From NCBI RefSeq assembly GCF_009914755.1, contig NC_060929.1: DNA of 64,000 bases, one strand, 5' to 3'. The DNA is from the human T2T-CHM13v2.0 reference genome, Homo sapiens. A program made the translations under genes and the position numbers. Positions 40,640 to 52,117 of this stretch are shown here, piece by piece. The notes under the pieces are model-generated. The model saw only the letters and a list, made by a program, of their open reading frames with translations. It did no database searches and was not told the origin of the DNA. The stretch's first letter is position 1. The number at the start of each line of letters is the position of its first letter.

Positions 40640-40900
40640 CTCACAACCACTCCTCCAAGTTTGCTTGAGATCATCTGCACCTACCCTAGGAAGTCTTTTC
40701 TGTACCCTCCAGCCTAAGTTTTATTAGCTGCTGAGCATAACTCCTGGGAACCTTGTGCTTTCCATAGTCATAGCACTTTTGACATAGTACAGTATACAAG
40801 ATCTCTCTGTTCTTCACTGGGCCAGAAGCTACTGGAGGTAAGAGGTGTTATTACCTTTGGATCTTTAAGGCTCCCTAATAAGTATTTGTTGGATGGATAT
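40640..40900 (+). mobile_element. L2 3' end
   Basis: CCTAGGAAGTCTTTTCTG, CATAGCACTT, AAGCTACTGGAGG, CCCTAATAAGTATTTGTTGGATGGAT. Confidence 0.6.
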
Positions 40901-41844
40901 CAGAATAAATATGTGATTAATAAATTAATTAAAGAAATGGAAATATAGGAAGTTGGTCATCTAGGTCATACTCTAAATCAAGAAACTTTAACAGATTTCT
41001 GTCAAATGCTTGTCCAGGTTTCTAATTATTTAAGATGCAGTTCCATGTCATGGTTGGATAACAGCAAATACACTATTATGAAGCATACCTACTACTATGC
41101 TGTTCGACTCAGCTATTTTATATACAATAGTAGCCAACAGTGCATTTGGTGTGTTGAAAATCCTGCAATAGGCATTGAATGGAAATCTCAAATGTGCAGA
41201 TGTTGGGAAACAGGAGAAAAAAGCTCCCATACTCTATTACAAAATCCTAAGTCAATTTTTAGAATAGAAAAAAAATATAAATTTCCTTCTTTTCTGCATG
41301 AAAATAGCAAGTTTTTTTTGGTTCGTTCTCTTTCTTGACCATGAAATTTTTATTGATATGCAAACTCTGAAATTGGTGACCCAGGTAATCTGTAAAACTT
41401 TTCCTCTGGTGAAAACTCTGGTGGAGTCTTTTTGGATATTTCCTGTTGGAAACAAAAGAAAAAAATTTCTTCTTCTAGTGGACTTAAATTATAAAGTCTT
41501 GGTTCCAGCTTCACTTTTGGCAGATCTCTAATACGCAAGCATATTTACAAGGTCTAAAATAGTAGTCATGTTGCTTATCTTTAAGAATGTGAGCATACTA
41601 ACATATATAGTCATAATTATGTGGATTCTGTTGTGTGTAAAGAAAGAGAATGCCTACTGCAAATGAAAAACACCTTGATCTTTTTCTTAGTTATGCTCAA
41701 ATAATACTCAGAATCCTTCAGGTTGGCAGGTTTACATACAACATGATTTGTATACAAAATGACCTTTGTCTTTGTCTTAATTTTTTTTTCTAATGAGTTA
41801 GAGATGGGTGTAAGTTTAGTTCCCTTTAGGACATATTCGTCCTC

Positions 41845-42151
41845 TTTTTTTTTTTTTTTTTTTTTTTTGAGACGGGGTCTCGCTTTGTAGCCCAGGCTGG
41901 AGTACTGTGACCTGATCTCGGCTCACTGCAAGCTCAGCCTCCCGGCTTCACACCATTCTCCTGCCTCAGCCTCCTGAGTGGCTGGGACTGCAGGCGCCCA
42001 CCACCACGCCTGGCTAATTTTTTTTGTATTTTTAGTAGAGACGGGGTTTCACTGTGTTAGCCAGGATGGTTTCGATCTCCTGGCCTCATGATCCACCCAC
42101 CTCAGCCTCCCAAAGTGCTGGGATTACAGGCATGAGCCACTGTGCCCGGCC
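41845..42151 (-). mobile_element. AluY
   Basis: CTGCAAGCTC, TTCACACCATTCTCC, TTAGCCAGGATGG diagnostics; poly(T) tail; degenerate TSD ATT(C/A)GTCCTC. Confidence 0.95.
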
Positions 42152-43376
42152 ATTAGTCCTCCTCTTAATGATCAAATCAGCCTACTTATATTCATACCCA
42201 GGATGTGGGCATCTACTTTAAGAGTAAGTTTTATTTCTTAAAAGCCACACCAAAATCATAGTCAAAAACTAAGAATGTATCAAAAGACATATGCCCCCCC
42301 AACTACATTAAAGAATATTTGAGTCCTAGTATATCTCTTTTGAAACTACTGCTCTAAATGTAATAGCTGACTCTAATGATACTTCCTGTGGATACAAAAG
42401 GATTTTTGTCAAAGAACATTATTCTAATCATTGCATTTTGAACAAATGGAAAACAGGCAGGCAGTGTTATATGAAATCAAGTTCTCATTCATATTGAGGA
42501 CAATCACCTACGTTCTTAGTGATAAGAGTCATAAATGTGCAAATTCAGATAGTCAGGTACCCTGCGATGCCAAATTAAACAAGATACCACCTCCTCAGGG
42601 TAATATCCCTACCCTGTTTGAGCATTAGGCATTGGCTGGAACACTTCCATTTGTCAGTTCAAAAAATACAGCAGTAAAATGAATTTTAAACAAATTAAAT
42701 TATACTGAGTGATGGAAGGGTGATGAAAGCCAAGAGCAGAGTGATTCTATTTCCACATTTAAATCACAACATACAACAGCTGGTCCATGACTAAATACTT
42801 CTCACCTATAAGGACGACAGGCAAATGGAGAAAACGTCAGCTGGTAATTCCCATTTCCCACTTATTGCAGCAGAGCATGATTTAAAAGATGTGCTCTGGG
42901 AAGTGTGCATAGATGTAACTGAAACAAAAAAAGAAAATGGGTGTGTTTGGTGTTTAAACAAAATTAAATGCAATTCTTCTCTAAAGGAACTTTTTAATTT
43001 ATCTTGAATATAAAAATACACATTACGTCTCTATAAAGAGAAGATGCAAAATGATTTATAACTACTTGATCACAGAGCTTTCTCTTTGAGAAAAATTTAC
43101 ATTTTGGAAATTTTGGAAATGGAAACATTGGAATGAAATTGTTGGAATGAAAATGTTTACAGCTGTGAGGCTGTAAATTAAGAATAAAAGTTCAAGATCT
43201 TCTTCCTGCCTAAGAAACTGATTTACCAAATTGTCACAAAAAAGCCTCAGATTTCTCTTTATGTTAACTCCGGATCTTAAAATTTTCCCTCTTTTTTCAA
43301 AATAAAAAAGGAAAGATTAATAAAACAGTCCCGATAGAATCACTAAGAGAGTTCTTATTCTTAGAGAGTATCATTT

Positions 43377-44059
43377 TGTTACAGGTAGTTAGGCATGAGC
43401 AGGGCAGAAGAGGGCTGTTCCCCCACCCACTAGAAATATTGGGTGATGGTTCGGCAATTATCGCATTGCCTCTCTAAAAATGATAATTGAGAAGCCAGGG
43501 AGAGGCAATCTCCTGATGGTCCATACCTGTTAACGTTAAAAGTGTTAATTGAAAGCAGACCCCAGGGAGACGCAGCTTCTTGGGCATGCATGTTAAGAGA
43601 CAAAATGGCGAAGTATGACATTTCGGGGCACATTCCACTGGAAAAAGGAAAAAAGGCTCAGATGGTCATGTGTGTCACTCTCTAAACACACCGTGCATGA
43701 TCAATTCCAAAAGGTAAGGGAAGCACTGCGCATGCGGAAGTCCCACCCTAGGGGAAGTATCATGGAAAAGAGGCCATCCTGTAAAGTCCTGGGATCAAGG
43801 TGAAAGGGGCTCTTTTCTCTCTTTGACCTTCAGGTGCCCAGTTGGATCTCTTCCAAAGGTTCTGTCCTTTCTTTCCTGTTCTATAGACTTTTTAGAAAAC
43901 TTCCACTCCTGTTCTGAAACTTGCCTCTATCTCTTTTTCTGCTTTATTCCCCTTAGTCGAATTCTTGCTTCTGAGGAGGCAAGAAGTGAAGTTGCCATGG
44001 ACCCATACGAATAGGCAACCATTAACTAGGGGTAACTTGAATCTCAGCCACTGGTAACA
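43377..44059 (+). mobile_element. MER50-family (MER50B/C-like) ERV1 solo LTR
   Basis: TGTTACAGGTAGTTAGGCATGAGCAGGGCAG start, GGTAACA end, 4-bp TSD ATTT/GTTT; YY1-like CAAAATGGCG and NRF1-like TGCGCATGCG motifs. Confidence 0.85.
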
Positions 44060-45389
44060 GTTTCAAATTTATACTCTATGTTTTTCCAATTTTAGATTGC
44101 TGGTAGTGCATAAGCAAGTGCTCTTAATGGGTCATTCTTCAATTTCCTTCATTATTTGGAGTGGATTATGAATAATCACTTCATTCAAGGAGGATTGGAC
44201 ACATACCACAATGAGTACCATTAACCTCTACAATATGAATCTCATTTTTAGCTCAAAATAAACACTTGGCCCATTTCAATTATGACAGCAAATTGCTCAT
44301 GAAGTTAAAGTTAACACTGTTCCAAACTACTCTTTTATTTTTAAATTATTGCTGCTACCAATTGACAAAATTTATGTGAATTACAACTAGTGAATAACTA
44401 AGTAATAGAAACAATATTTATCAAAGTCTTTGGCTACTGCTAGTTTCAGTTTGCATCATTCTTTGAAACTTAGTACATTGTGCTTATACTGACCAGTCAC
44501 TTAATCAGTAAGATGTGAGTGAAACCTTAAACAGGATGACTGCACCTGCCTCAGCTCCCAGGAATTGTTATATTTTAACAAGCAAGCAGTTAAGTATATT
44601 TTACTTAAAATCAGTTTTGATAACTAAAGAGCCCAACCTAACCAAATACCTATAAAGTTAAACTACTGAATATGTGTTACAAGAGATAACAAATAATCAA
44701 GCACTTTGAGGAAATGTATCCCAAGTTTGTAGAAAATTGCCCTTATTTGCATTGGCCTTTTCCAGCATACTACACATAGGAATTAGCAAGACCAAGTAAC
44801 ATTTGTAAGAACACCAAGTTCCTCTTACGGACAGAATGAATGTGCTTGGCATATACACCACTGCATGAAGATATACAAATTAAACACACACACAACTAGG
44901 ACCATCCGATTTAACTTGAATCAAAAAGAAAAGACATAGAACTGATTAAAAAGTGACAGATTGTATTAATCCAGTTTTAAATGAATGAAAAATAACTGGA
45001 AAAATTAATATTTACACTATTTTGTTTACTTCTCTGATCATCCTTTGTAGATAAAATATATTAAAAGAGTTTCTAATTGAGACTGTTCTGATTAGTTGAT
45101 TGCCAAGTTTTCAACTTACTACGCCTTGTACATGAACAAAATAGCCAATCAGTCTCAGGAATGATGGCTTCAAATAGATTTGTGGGATCGATTTGAGAGA
45201 AATTTAAATTCCACACACAAGGGCCTGTTGGTAGAGAAATTTACCCTTTGCCAAATATTCATGTGCATCTCCTCACTTTCTGCCTTTGAGAGGTTAGGCA
45301 TTGTGTGTGGTAAGTTCTGGTTTATGAATTATGATATAAAAGTGGCATTGGTCTTGTTTTACTAAAACATTTAGGAGAAGCTCTCTAAG

Positions 45390-45556
45390 CAGCCTTGTTA
45401 CCTCATGTCGAGATGTCCAAGCATCTATCTACCTGGGTTTTGGGTGGCAAAGCCCTCATATTTGTGTAATATGAGCAAAAAATAAACTTTTATTTTGATA
45501 AACCATTGAGATTTGGGAGTTACTTTGGCATGGTCTAGTCTACCTCAACTAAAGTA
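45390..45556 (+). mobile_element. Old MLT1-type LTR 3' fragment
   Basis: AATAAACTTTTATTTTGATAAACCATTGAGATTTGGGAGTT...TAGTCTACCTCAACTAA. Confidence 0.5.
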
Positions 45557-45873
45557 TGGCCTGTATACCTTTGCCTAAAGTTCTCTAGTGCACAAAGAAA
45601 GAAGGCAAGAGGACCCAACTTACAAACTAATTGTTTTCAATTTCACTTGATTTATTGAGTGACAAGTATCTGCCAGGCCCTGTGATAGATGCCATTGATG
45701 TAAACATCCAAGAAATAGCCTCTAATGCCCAAGATCTCATAGGCTAGGGTAGAAGCCAAAGACTTAAACAGACCAGATATATCAAGATCAGTAGAGGTAT
45801 GCACCAGATGCTATGAGAAGAAAGTCACCTAACCCAAATGAAACTAATCAGGAAATATATCCTGGTGGAGGTA

Positions 45874-46533
45874 TGTATTAGTCAGTATTCTCTAGAGGGA
45901 CAGAATTAATTTTATATATATATGAATTTTATATATATATTCATATATATAATTCATATATATAATTCATATATATATTCATATATATTCATATATATTA
46001 TTCATATATATAATTCATATATATATTCATATATATTCATATATATTATTCATATATATTCATATATATATTCATATATTATTCATTCATATATATTATT
46101 CATATATATTATTCATTCATATATAATATATATACTTATATATAATATAAAATATATACATAGGAGTTTATTATTAACTTACACAATCACAAGGTGCCAC
46201 AATAGGCTGTCTGCAAGCTTGTGGAGCAAGAAGAGCCCTGTTTCAAAACTGAAGAACTTAGAGTCCAATGTTTGAAGGCAGGAAGCGTCCAGTACGGCAG
46301 AAAGATGTAGGCTAGGAGGCTAGGCCAGTCTCGCCTTTTCACATTTTTCTGCCTGCTTTATATTTTCTATCAGCTGATTAGACGGTGCCCACCAGATTAA
46401 GGGTGGGTCTGCCTTCCCCAGGCCATGGACTCAAATGTTAATCTCCTTTGGCAACACCCTCACAGACACACCCAGGATCAATACTTTGTATCCTTCAATC
46501 CAATCAAGTTGACACTTGGTATTAACCATCAGA
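45874..46533 (-). mobile_element. MLT2A1 3' LTR of a HERV-L provirus, with an expanded AT-rich repeat at 45911-46162
   Basis: TGTATTAGTCAG...TCTAGAGGGACAG and CTTCAATCCAATCAAGTTGACAC...ATTAACCATC termini; provirus TSD AGGTA/ACGTA (45869-45873 and 51058-51062); inserted into an L2. Confidence 0.92.
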
Positions 46534-49500
46534 AGTACACCCCTTGTCAACTTGAACCTATACACATCTCATGATGTGTGTATGTATGTGTACATAATCT
46601 TCAAATAAAGACAATAATAAGGTCATAATTACACCTAACATAATACAACCATTGTTCATACAACCAGAAACACACCAATCCCCAACCCAAATCCTATCAC
46701 ATAAAGTTAACAGTACTTAAATGCTGATATGAAGTCAATAAATCTGATGTCACATAACAGAAAAGGAAATAAAATGAAGATATTTTCTTAGTACAAGTGT
46801 ATACATGCACAAACATTTTTTAACAAAAGAAGTAGCAAATTCTCATGACAGCTACAATCCTCATTTCTGCAGCTGGTCATGTGGTTGTAGCTGGTATTGA
46901 TAACTACCTTCTTCTACTACCCATTCTGTATTCCACTGCCTTCAGCAAGCACCTCAGCAGGTCGTGATTTTTTTTTTGTCCTGGTGGAGTGACCCAAACC
47001 TTCATTCCTGAGGGGTCTGGGCCATTTGTAGTCCTGTATTTGGCTGTTGTAGTTTCCTATTGACCTTAATCACAGGTCATGGTGATACTAAAAGAGGCCA
47101 TAATGGATCTCCTGTATTCTGTGCATACTCTTCCTTACCTCCACTGTGGAGTAGTAGACTGATTCATCTTGATAGTCCGTGCCAGTCACCCCAACCAACA
47201 CTGTAACTCCCTTCTTAGCCTGTTGACTTAAAGGTAGGAGGAGCCCAAGGTGTCCAGGGACAATCTTAACTTCCAGTTTAATGGAATCATTGTTGTGTCA
47301 CCTGGTGGCCGCGTTCCTCACTCTGGACCTAAGACTTCTAGGCCAGCAGAACATAATGTTCCAGGAACAGGAAGCAAAAATTTTGCTAGTGGATCACTAG
47401 GGGTGATGGTGAGTGGTGCCACTTCCACTCTCACCCCTTAAATCCCGCACACATGATTCCTGGCTATGGGAGAAACAGTACCATATATTGGATGCTGATT
47501 CAGAGAATACATGGCCTTCTGGAGAACTTTGCCCCAGCCCTGCAAAGTATTGTCACCTAATTGGCATTGTAATTGTGACTTAAAAAGGCCATTCTACTGT
47601 TCTATCAATCCAGCTGCTTCAGGATGATGGGGAACATGGTAAAACCAGTGAATTCCATGAGCATGAGCCCACTGCTCCACTTCTTTAGCCGTAAAGTGAG
47701 TGCCTTGGTCAGAGACAATGCTATGTGGAATACCATGACAGTGGATAAGGCATTCCATGAATCCATGGATGATAGTCTTGGCAGAAGCATTGTGTGCAGC
47801 ATAGGCAAACCCACATCTGGAGAAAGTGTCTATTCCAGTGAGGACAAACCTCTGCCCTTTCCATGATGAAAGAAGTCCAGTATAATCAACCTGCCACCAG
47901 GTAGATTGCTGATCACCCTGAGGAATGGCGCCATATAGAGAGTTCAGCGTTGGTCTCTGCTGCTGGGAAATTGGTCACTCAGCAGTGGCCGTAGCCAGGT
48001 CAGCCTTGGTGAATGGAAGTCCGTGTTGCTGAGCCCATGCATAACCTCCATCCCTGTCACCATGGCCACTTTGTTCATAGGCCCATTGGGTGATGACAGA
48101 AGTGGCTGGGGAAAGAGGCTGAGTGGTGCCTGCAGAATGGGTCATCCTATCCACTTGATTATTAAAATCTGCCTCTGCTGAGGTCACTGTTGATGAGCAC
48201 TCATATGGGATACAAATATCTTCACAGTTTTTGACCATTCAGAGAGGTCCATCCACATGCCTCTTCCCCAAATTTCTTTGTCACCAATTTTCCAATCATG
48301 CTTCTTCCAAGTCCCCGACCATCCAGCCAAACCATTGGCTACAGCCCATGTATCAGTATATAATCATACATCTGGTCATTTCTCCTTCCATGTGAAGTGC
48401 ATAACCAGGTGCACTGCTCAAAGTTCTGCCCACTGGGAAGATTTCCTTTCACCGCTGTCCTTCAGGGATGTCCTAGAAAGGGGATATAGTGATGCATCTG
48501 TCCACTTACAGGTGGTGCCTGCATATCATGCAGAACCATCTGTGAATCAGGCCCTAGTCTTCTCTTCCTCTGCCAACTGATCATAGGAACCTCCCCATGA
48601 TGCCATCAGTGCAGGCTGGGGGACAGAAGGCAGAATGGCAGGAGTGGAGACCATGGGCATTTGAGCCACTTCCTCATGTAATTTCCTTTTCATTCAGGAC
48701 CTGCTCAAGCCCGATCATGTATATGCCAACTCCATTTGATGATGCAATGCTGCTATGCACAGCCCACTTTCTGGCTAGGTGGGTCAGAAAGCACCCTGTT
48801 CATGATAAGCAGTTCAGGTTGCATGATGGCTTGATGATCCATAGTCAAATATTCAGTTTCCACCAAAGCCCAGTTATAGGCCAAGAGCTGTGTCAAAAGG
48901 AGACTAGCTATCTGAAGAAGATGGCAGGGCCTTGCTCCAAAATTCTAGAGGCCTCCACTGTGATTCACCTATGGGGGCCTGTCAAAGGCTTCAAACAGCA
49001 TCCCTATCTGGCACTAACACCTCAAGCACCATTGGATCTGCTGGGTCATATGGCCAAAGTGCCAGAGCAGCTTGCACAGCAGCCTGGACCTGTTGCAAAG
49101 CCTTCTCATGTTCATATGAGGAATGTGTTGCCTCCAAAATCCAAGTAGGCCCACTAGGCATTGTGACTCTTTCCTGGTTGTAGGAGGGTCCAAATGCAGC
49201 AACTCATCCTTCATCTTAGAAGGAATATCTCAACAGGCCTCACACCACTGGACTCCTAGAAATTTTACTTAGGTAGAAGGTCCCTGAATTTTAGTCAGAT
49301 GTATTTTCCATCTTCTGGCACATAAATGTCTCACCAATAAGTCCAGTGTGTTTGCTACTTCTTGTTCACTGGATCCAATCAGTATAATGTCATCAATGTA
49401 GATCGGTGTGATATATTGTGGAAGCAAAAAGTGATCAAAGTCTCTCTGAATAAAATTATGACAGGAAGCAAGAGAGTGGATATACCCCTGAGGTAGGATA

Positions 49501-50250
49501 GTAAAGGTATATTGCTCACCTTGCCAGCTGAAGGCAAATTGCTTCTGGTGGGCTTTATGGACAAGAATAGAGAAAGAGACATTTACCAAGTCAAATGGTT
49601 GCATACCAGGTACCAAGAGATGTGTTAATTTGCTCAAGCAATGAAACCACATTTGGTACAGCAGCTGCAATTGGAGTCACCACTTGGCTAAGCTAGCGAT
49701 AATCCACTGTCATTCTCCAAGATCCACTGTCTTCTGCACAGGCCAAATGGGAGATTTGAATGGGGATGTGGTGGGAATCACCACTCCTATGTCTTTCAAA
49801 TCCTTGATAGTGGCACTAATTTCTGTAATCCCTCCGGGAATGTGATATTGTTTTTGATTTACTATTTTTCTAGGTAGAGGCAGCTCTTACAGCTTCCATT
49901 TGGCCTTTTCCATCATAATTGCCCTCACCCTACCAGTCAGGGAGCCAATGTGGGGGTTCTGCCAGCTGCTAAGTATGTCTATGCCATTTATGCATTCTGG
50001 CACTGGGGAAATGACCACAGGATGAATCCAGGGATCCACTGGACCCACTGTCAGTCAGACCTGAACTAAAACTCCATTAATTACCTGACCTCCATAAGCC
50101 CCTACTTCAACCGGAGGGCCACAATGATGTTTTGGGTCCCCTAGAATCAACGTCAGCTCAGAGCCAATGTCCAGTAGTCTCCAATATGTCTAATCATCCC
50201 TGTCCCCAGTGCACAGTTACCCTGGTAAAAGGCCAGAGGTCTCCTTGGAG
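46534..50250 (-). pseudogene. HERV-L internal region: degenerate protease, RT, RNase H, integrase and dUTPase; gag and PBS missing
   Basis: Minus-strand LLDIGSELTLI (protease DTG motif mutated) near 50150-50180; QFAFSWQGEQYTFTILPQG and YIDD (49269-49670); integrase zinc-finger region HEQSGHG-like and GGYAWAQQHGLP (47975-48238). Confidence 0.9.
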
Positions 50251-50251
50251 A

Positions 50252-50635
50252 CATATATGTATATATACTTCATATATACATATAAAGTATATATGAAGTA
50301 TATATATATGTATATATACTTTATATATAACATAATATATGTATTTATATATTATATATAATATAATATAGTATATATAATATATAATATGTAATATATA
50401 TAATATAATATAGTATATATAATATATAATATGTAATATATATGTATTATATATAATATTATATATTATATAATAATATAATATATTATATTATTATATT
50501 ATATACATTATAATATTATATATTATATTATATATTATATAATAATATAATATATTATATATGTATATATACTTTATACATATATATTTTAATATATACT
50601 TTATATATATTATATTTAATATATATAAAATATAT

Positions 50636-50683
<48 letters not shown>

Positions 50684-50690
50684 CATATAG
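50252..50690. repeat. ~440-bp AT-rich microsatellite array (TA/ATAAT units plus a TG run)
   Basis: Almost pure A/T from 50252 to 50638, then about 16 TG units and (TA)n. Confidence 0.95.
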
Positions 50691-51057
50691 TATTAATTTA
50701 CATGATCACAAAGTCCCAAAATAGACTCTCTGCAAGTTTGAGAAGCAAGGAGAGGCAGTCTGAGTCTCAAAACTGAAGAACTTGAAGTCTGATGTTCAAG
50801 AACAGGAAGCGTCCAGCATGGGAGAAAGATATAGTCTGGGAGCCTAGGCCAGTCTCACCTCTTCATGTTTTTCTGCCTGTTTTATATTCACTGATAGCTG
50901 ATTAGATGTTGTCCATGAGATTAAGGGTGTGTCTGTCTTGCCTAGCCTACTGACTCAAATGTTAATCTCCTTTGGCAAAACCCTCACAGACACACCCAGG
51001 ATCAGTACTTTGTATCCTTCAATCCAATCATGTTGACACTCAGCATTAACCATCACA
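50688..51057 (-). mobile_element. MLT2A1 5' LTR, truncated at its TA array
   Basis: Colinear with the 3' LTR; ends CAGCATTAACCATCACA; poly(A) signal and U5 end absent. Confidence 0.9.
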
Positions 51058-51329
51058 ACGTAGTGCCCAATCTGAGCATTGAAGGAGGAGAAGGTGCTAG
51101 CCAGGTTGAGAATATATAAATAAGAACACTGTCCGTATTGAGAAACAAAGGTGAGCCTAGGAATATGGCAAAGGTTGCAGCAGAAAGCCTTGAGCATCAT
51201 GGTGAGAAGATAGACACTTATTCTGACTGCAATGAATTATTTTAGGCCAAAAGAATCAAATAAATGTTTTGGGATATATGTAGTTATTCTTTGAACAAAA
51301 AATTTCAGTATTTCACAAAGTAGGGGTTA

Positions 51330-51495
51330 AAATCACTGGGGGAGCGTCTCAAAAGATCAGAAACAAAGAGATTCCCAAACCTCACCCAAAATGAACTGAA
51401 TCACAATCAAACTGGCGGATGGAGCCCAGAAATATATGTTTTAAATATGTACTTCAAATTTTATTTATACATAGTAAAGTACTAGTACTCTGAGA
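51330..51495. mobile_element. MER5-type fragment
   Basis: GATTCCCAAACCTCACCC...ACTGAATCACAATC...GGAGCCCAGAAATATATGTTTTAA. Confidence 0.5.
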
Positions 51496-51752
51496 CTAGA
51501 AGCCTGGAGTCCAGCCCAGAGTTAAGAAAAATTAGGCCCTAAGGAGGACAGGGAGGATGGAGGGAAGGAGTAATATTCTGAGGAGACTTGGAGGCAATGT
51601 TTTCTTGTTCAGGGACCAGACTGCTGGTGGGGCTGTTTCGGTGCTATGCTGGTGAACAGCGAGGAGGAATGTTTTGAAGGAAGAAGTTGAGAATTGTTTG
51701 AATATTTGAGGTTTGAGTGAAAGACATTTAAGGCCATTTATCAATATGTGAC

Positions 51753-52117
51753 TGAATTAGTCCTGTCTCATGCTGGTAATAAAGACATACCCCAAACTGG
51801 GCAATTTATAAAGGAAAGAGGTTTAATTGGCTCACAATTCCACAGGGCTGAGGAGGCCTCAGGAAACTTACAATCATGGGAGAAGGGGAAACAAACACAT
51901 CTTTCTTCACATGGGGGCAGCAAGAAGTGCTTAGCAAAAGGGGGAAAAGCCCCTTAGAAAACCATCAGATTTCGTGAGAACTCACTCACTATCATGAGAA
52001 CAGCATGAGGGTAACCACCCCATAAATTACTTCCCGGGCCCCTCCCACGATAAGTGGGGATCATGGGTACTATAATTTAAGATGAGATTTGGGTGGGGAA
52101 GCAGCCAAACCATATCA
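51753..52117 (-). mobile_element. THE1C-like solo LTR
   Basis: TGAATTAGTCC...CCAAACCATATCA; perfect 5-bp TSD GTGAC. Confidence 0.92.

Noticed and set aside
43102-43155. TGGAA-rich run resembling satellite II/III
   Set aside because: Only ~50 bp and irregular; simple low-complexity sequence
46558-46600. Small fold-back insertion in HERV-L (ATACACATC...GATGTGTGTAT)
   Set aside because: Too short and microsatellite-like to separate from slippage
48597-49148. 183-aa + strand ORF, the longest in the window
   Set aside because: Antisense to HERV-L pol; no independent evidence of coding
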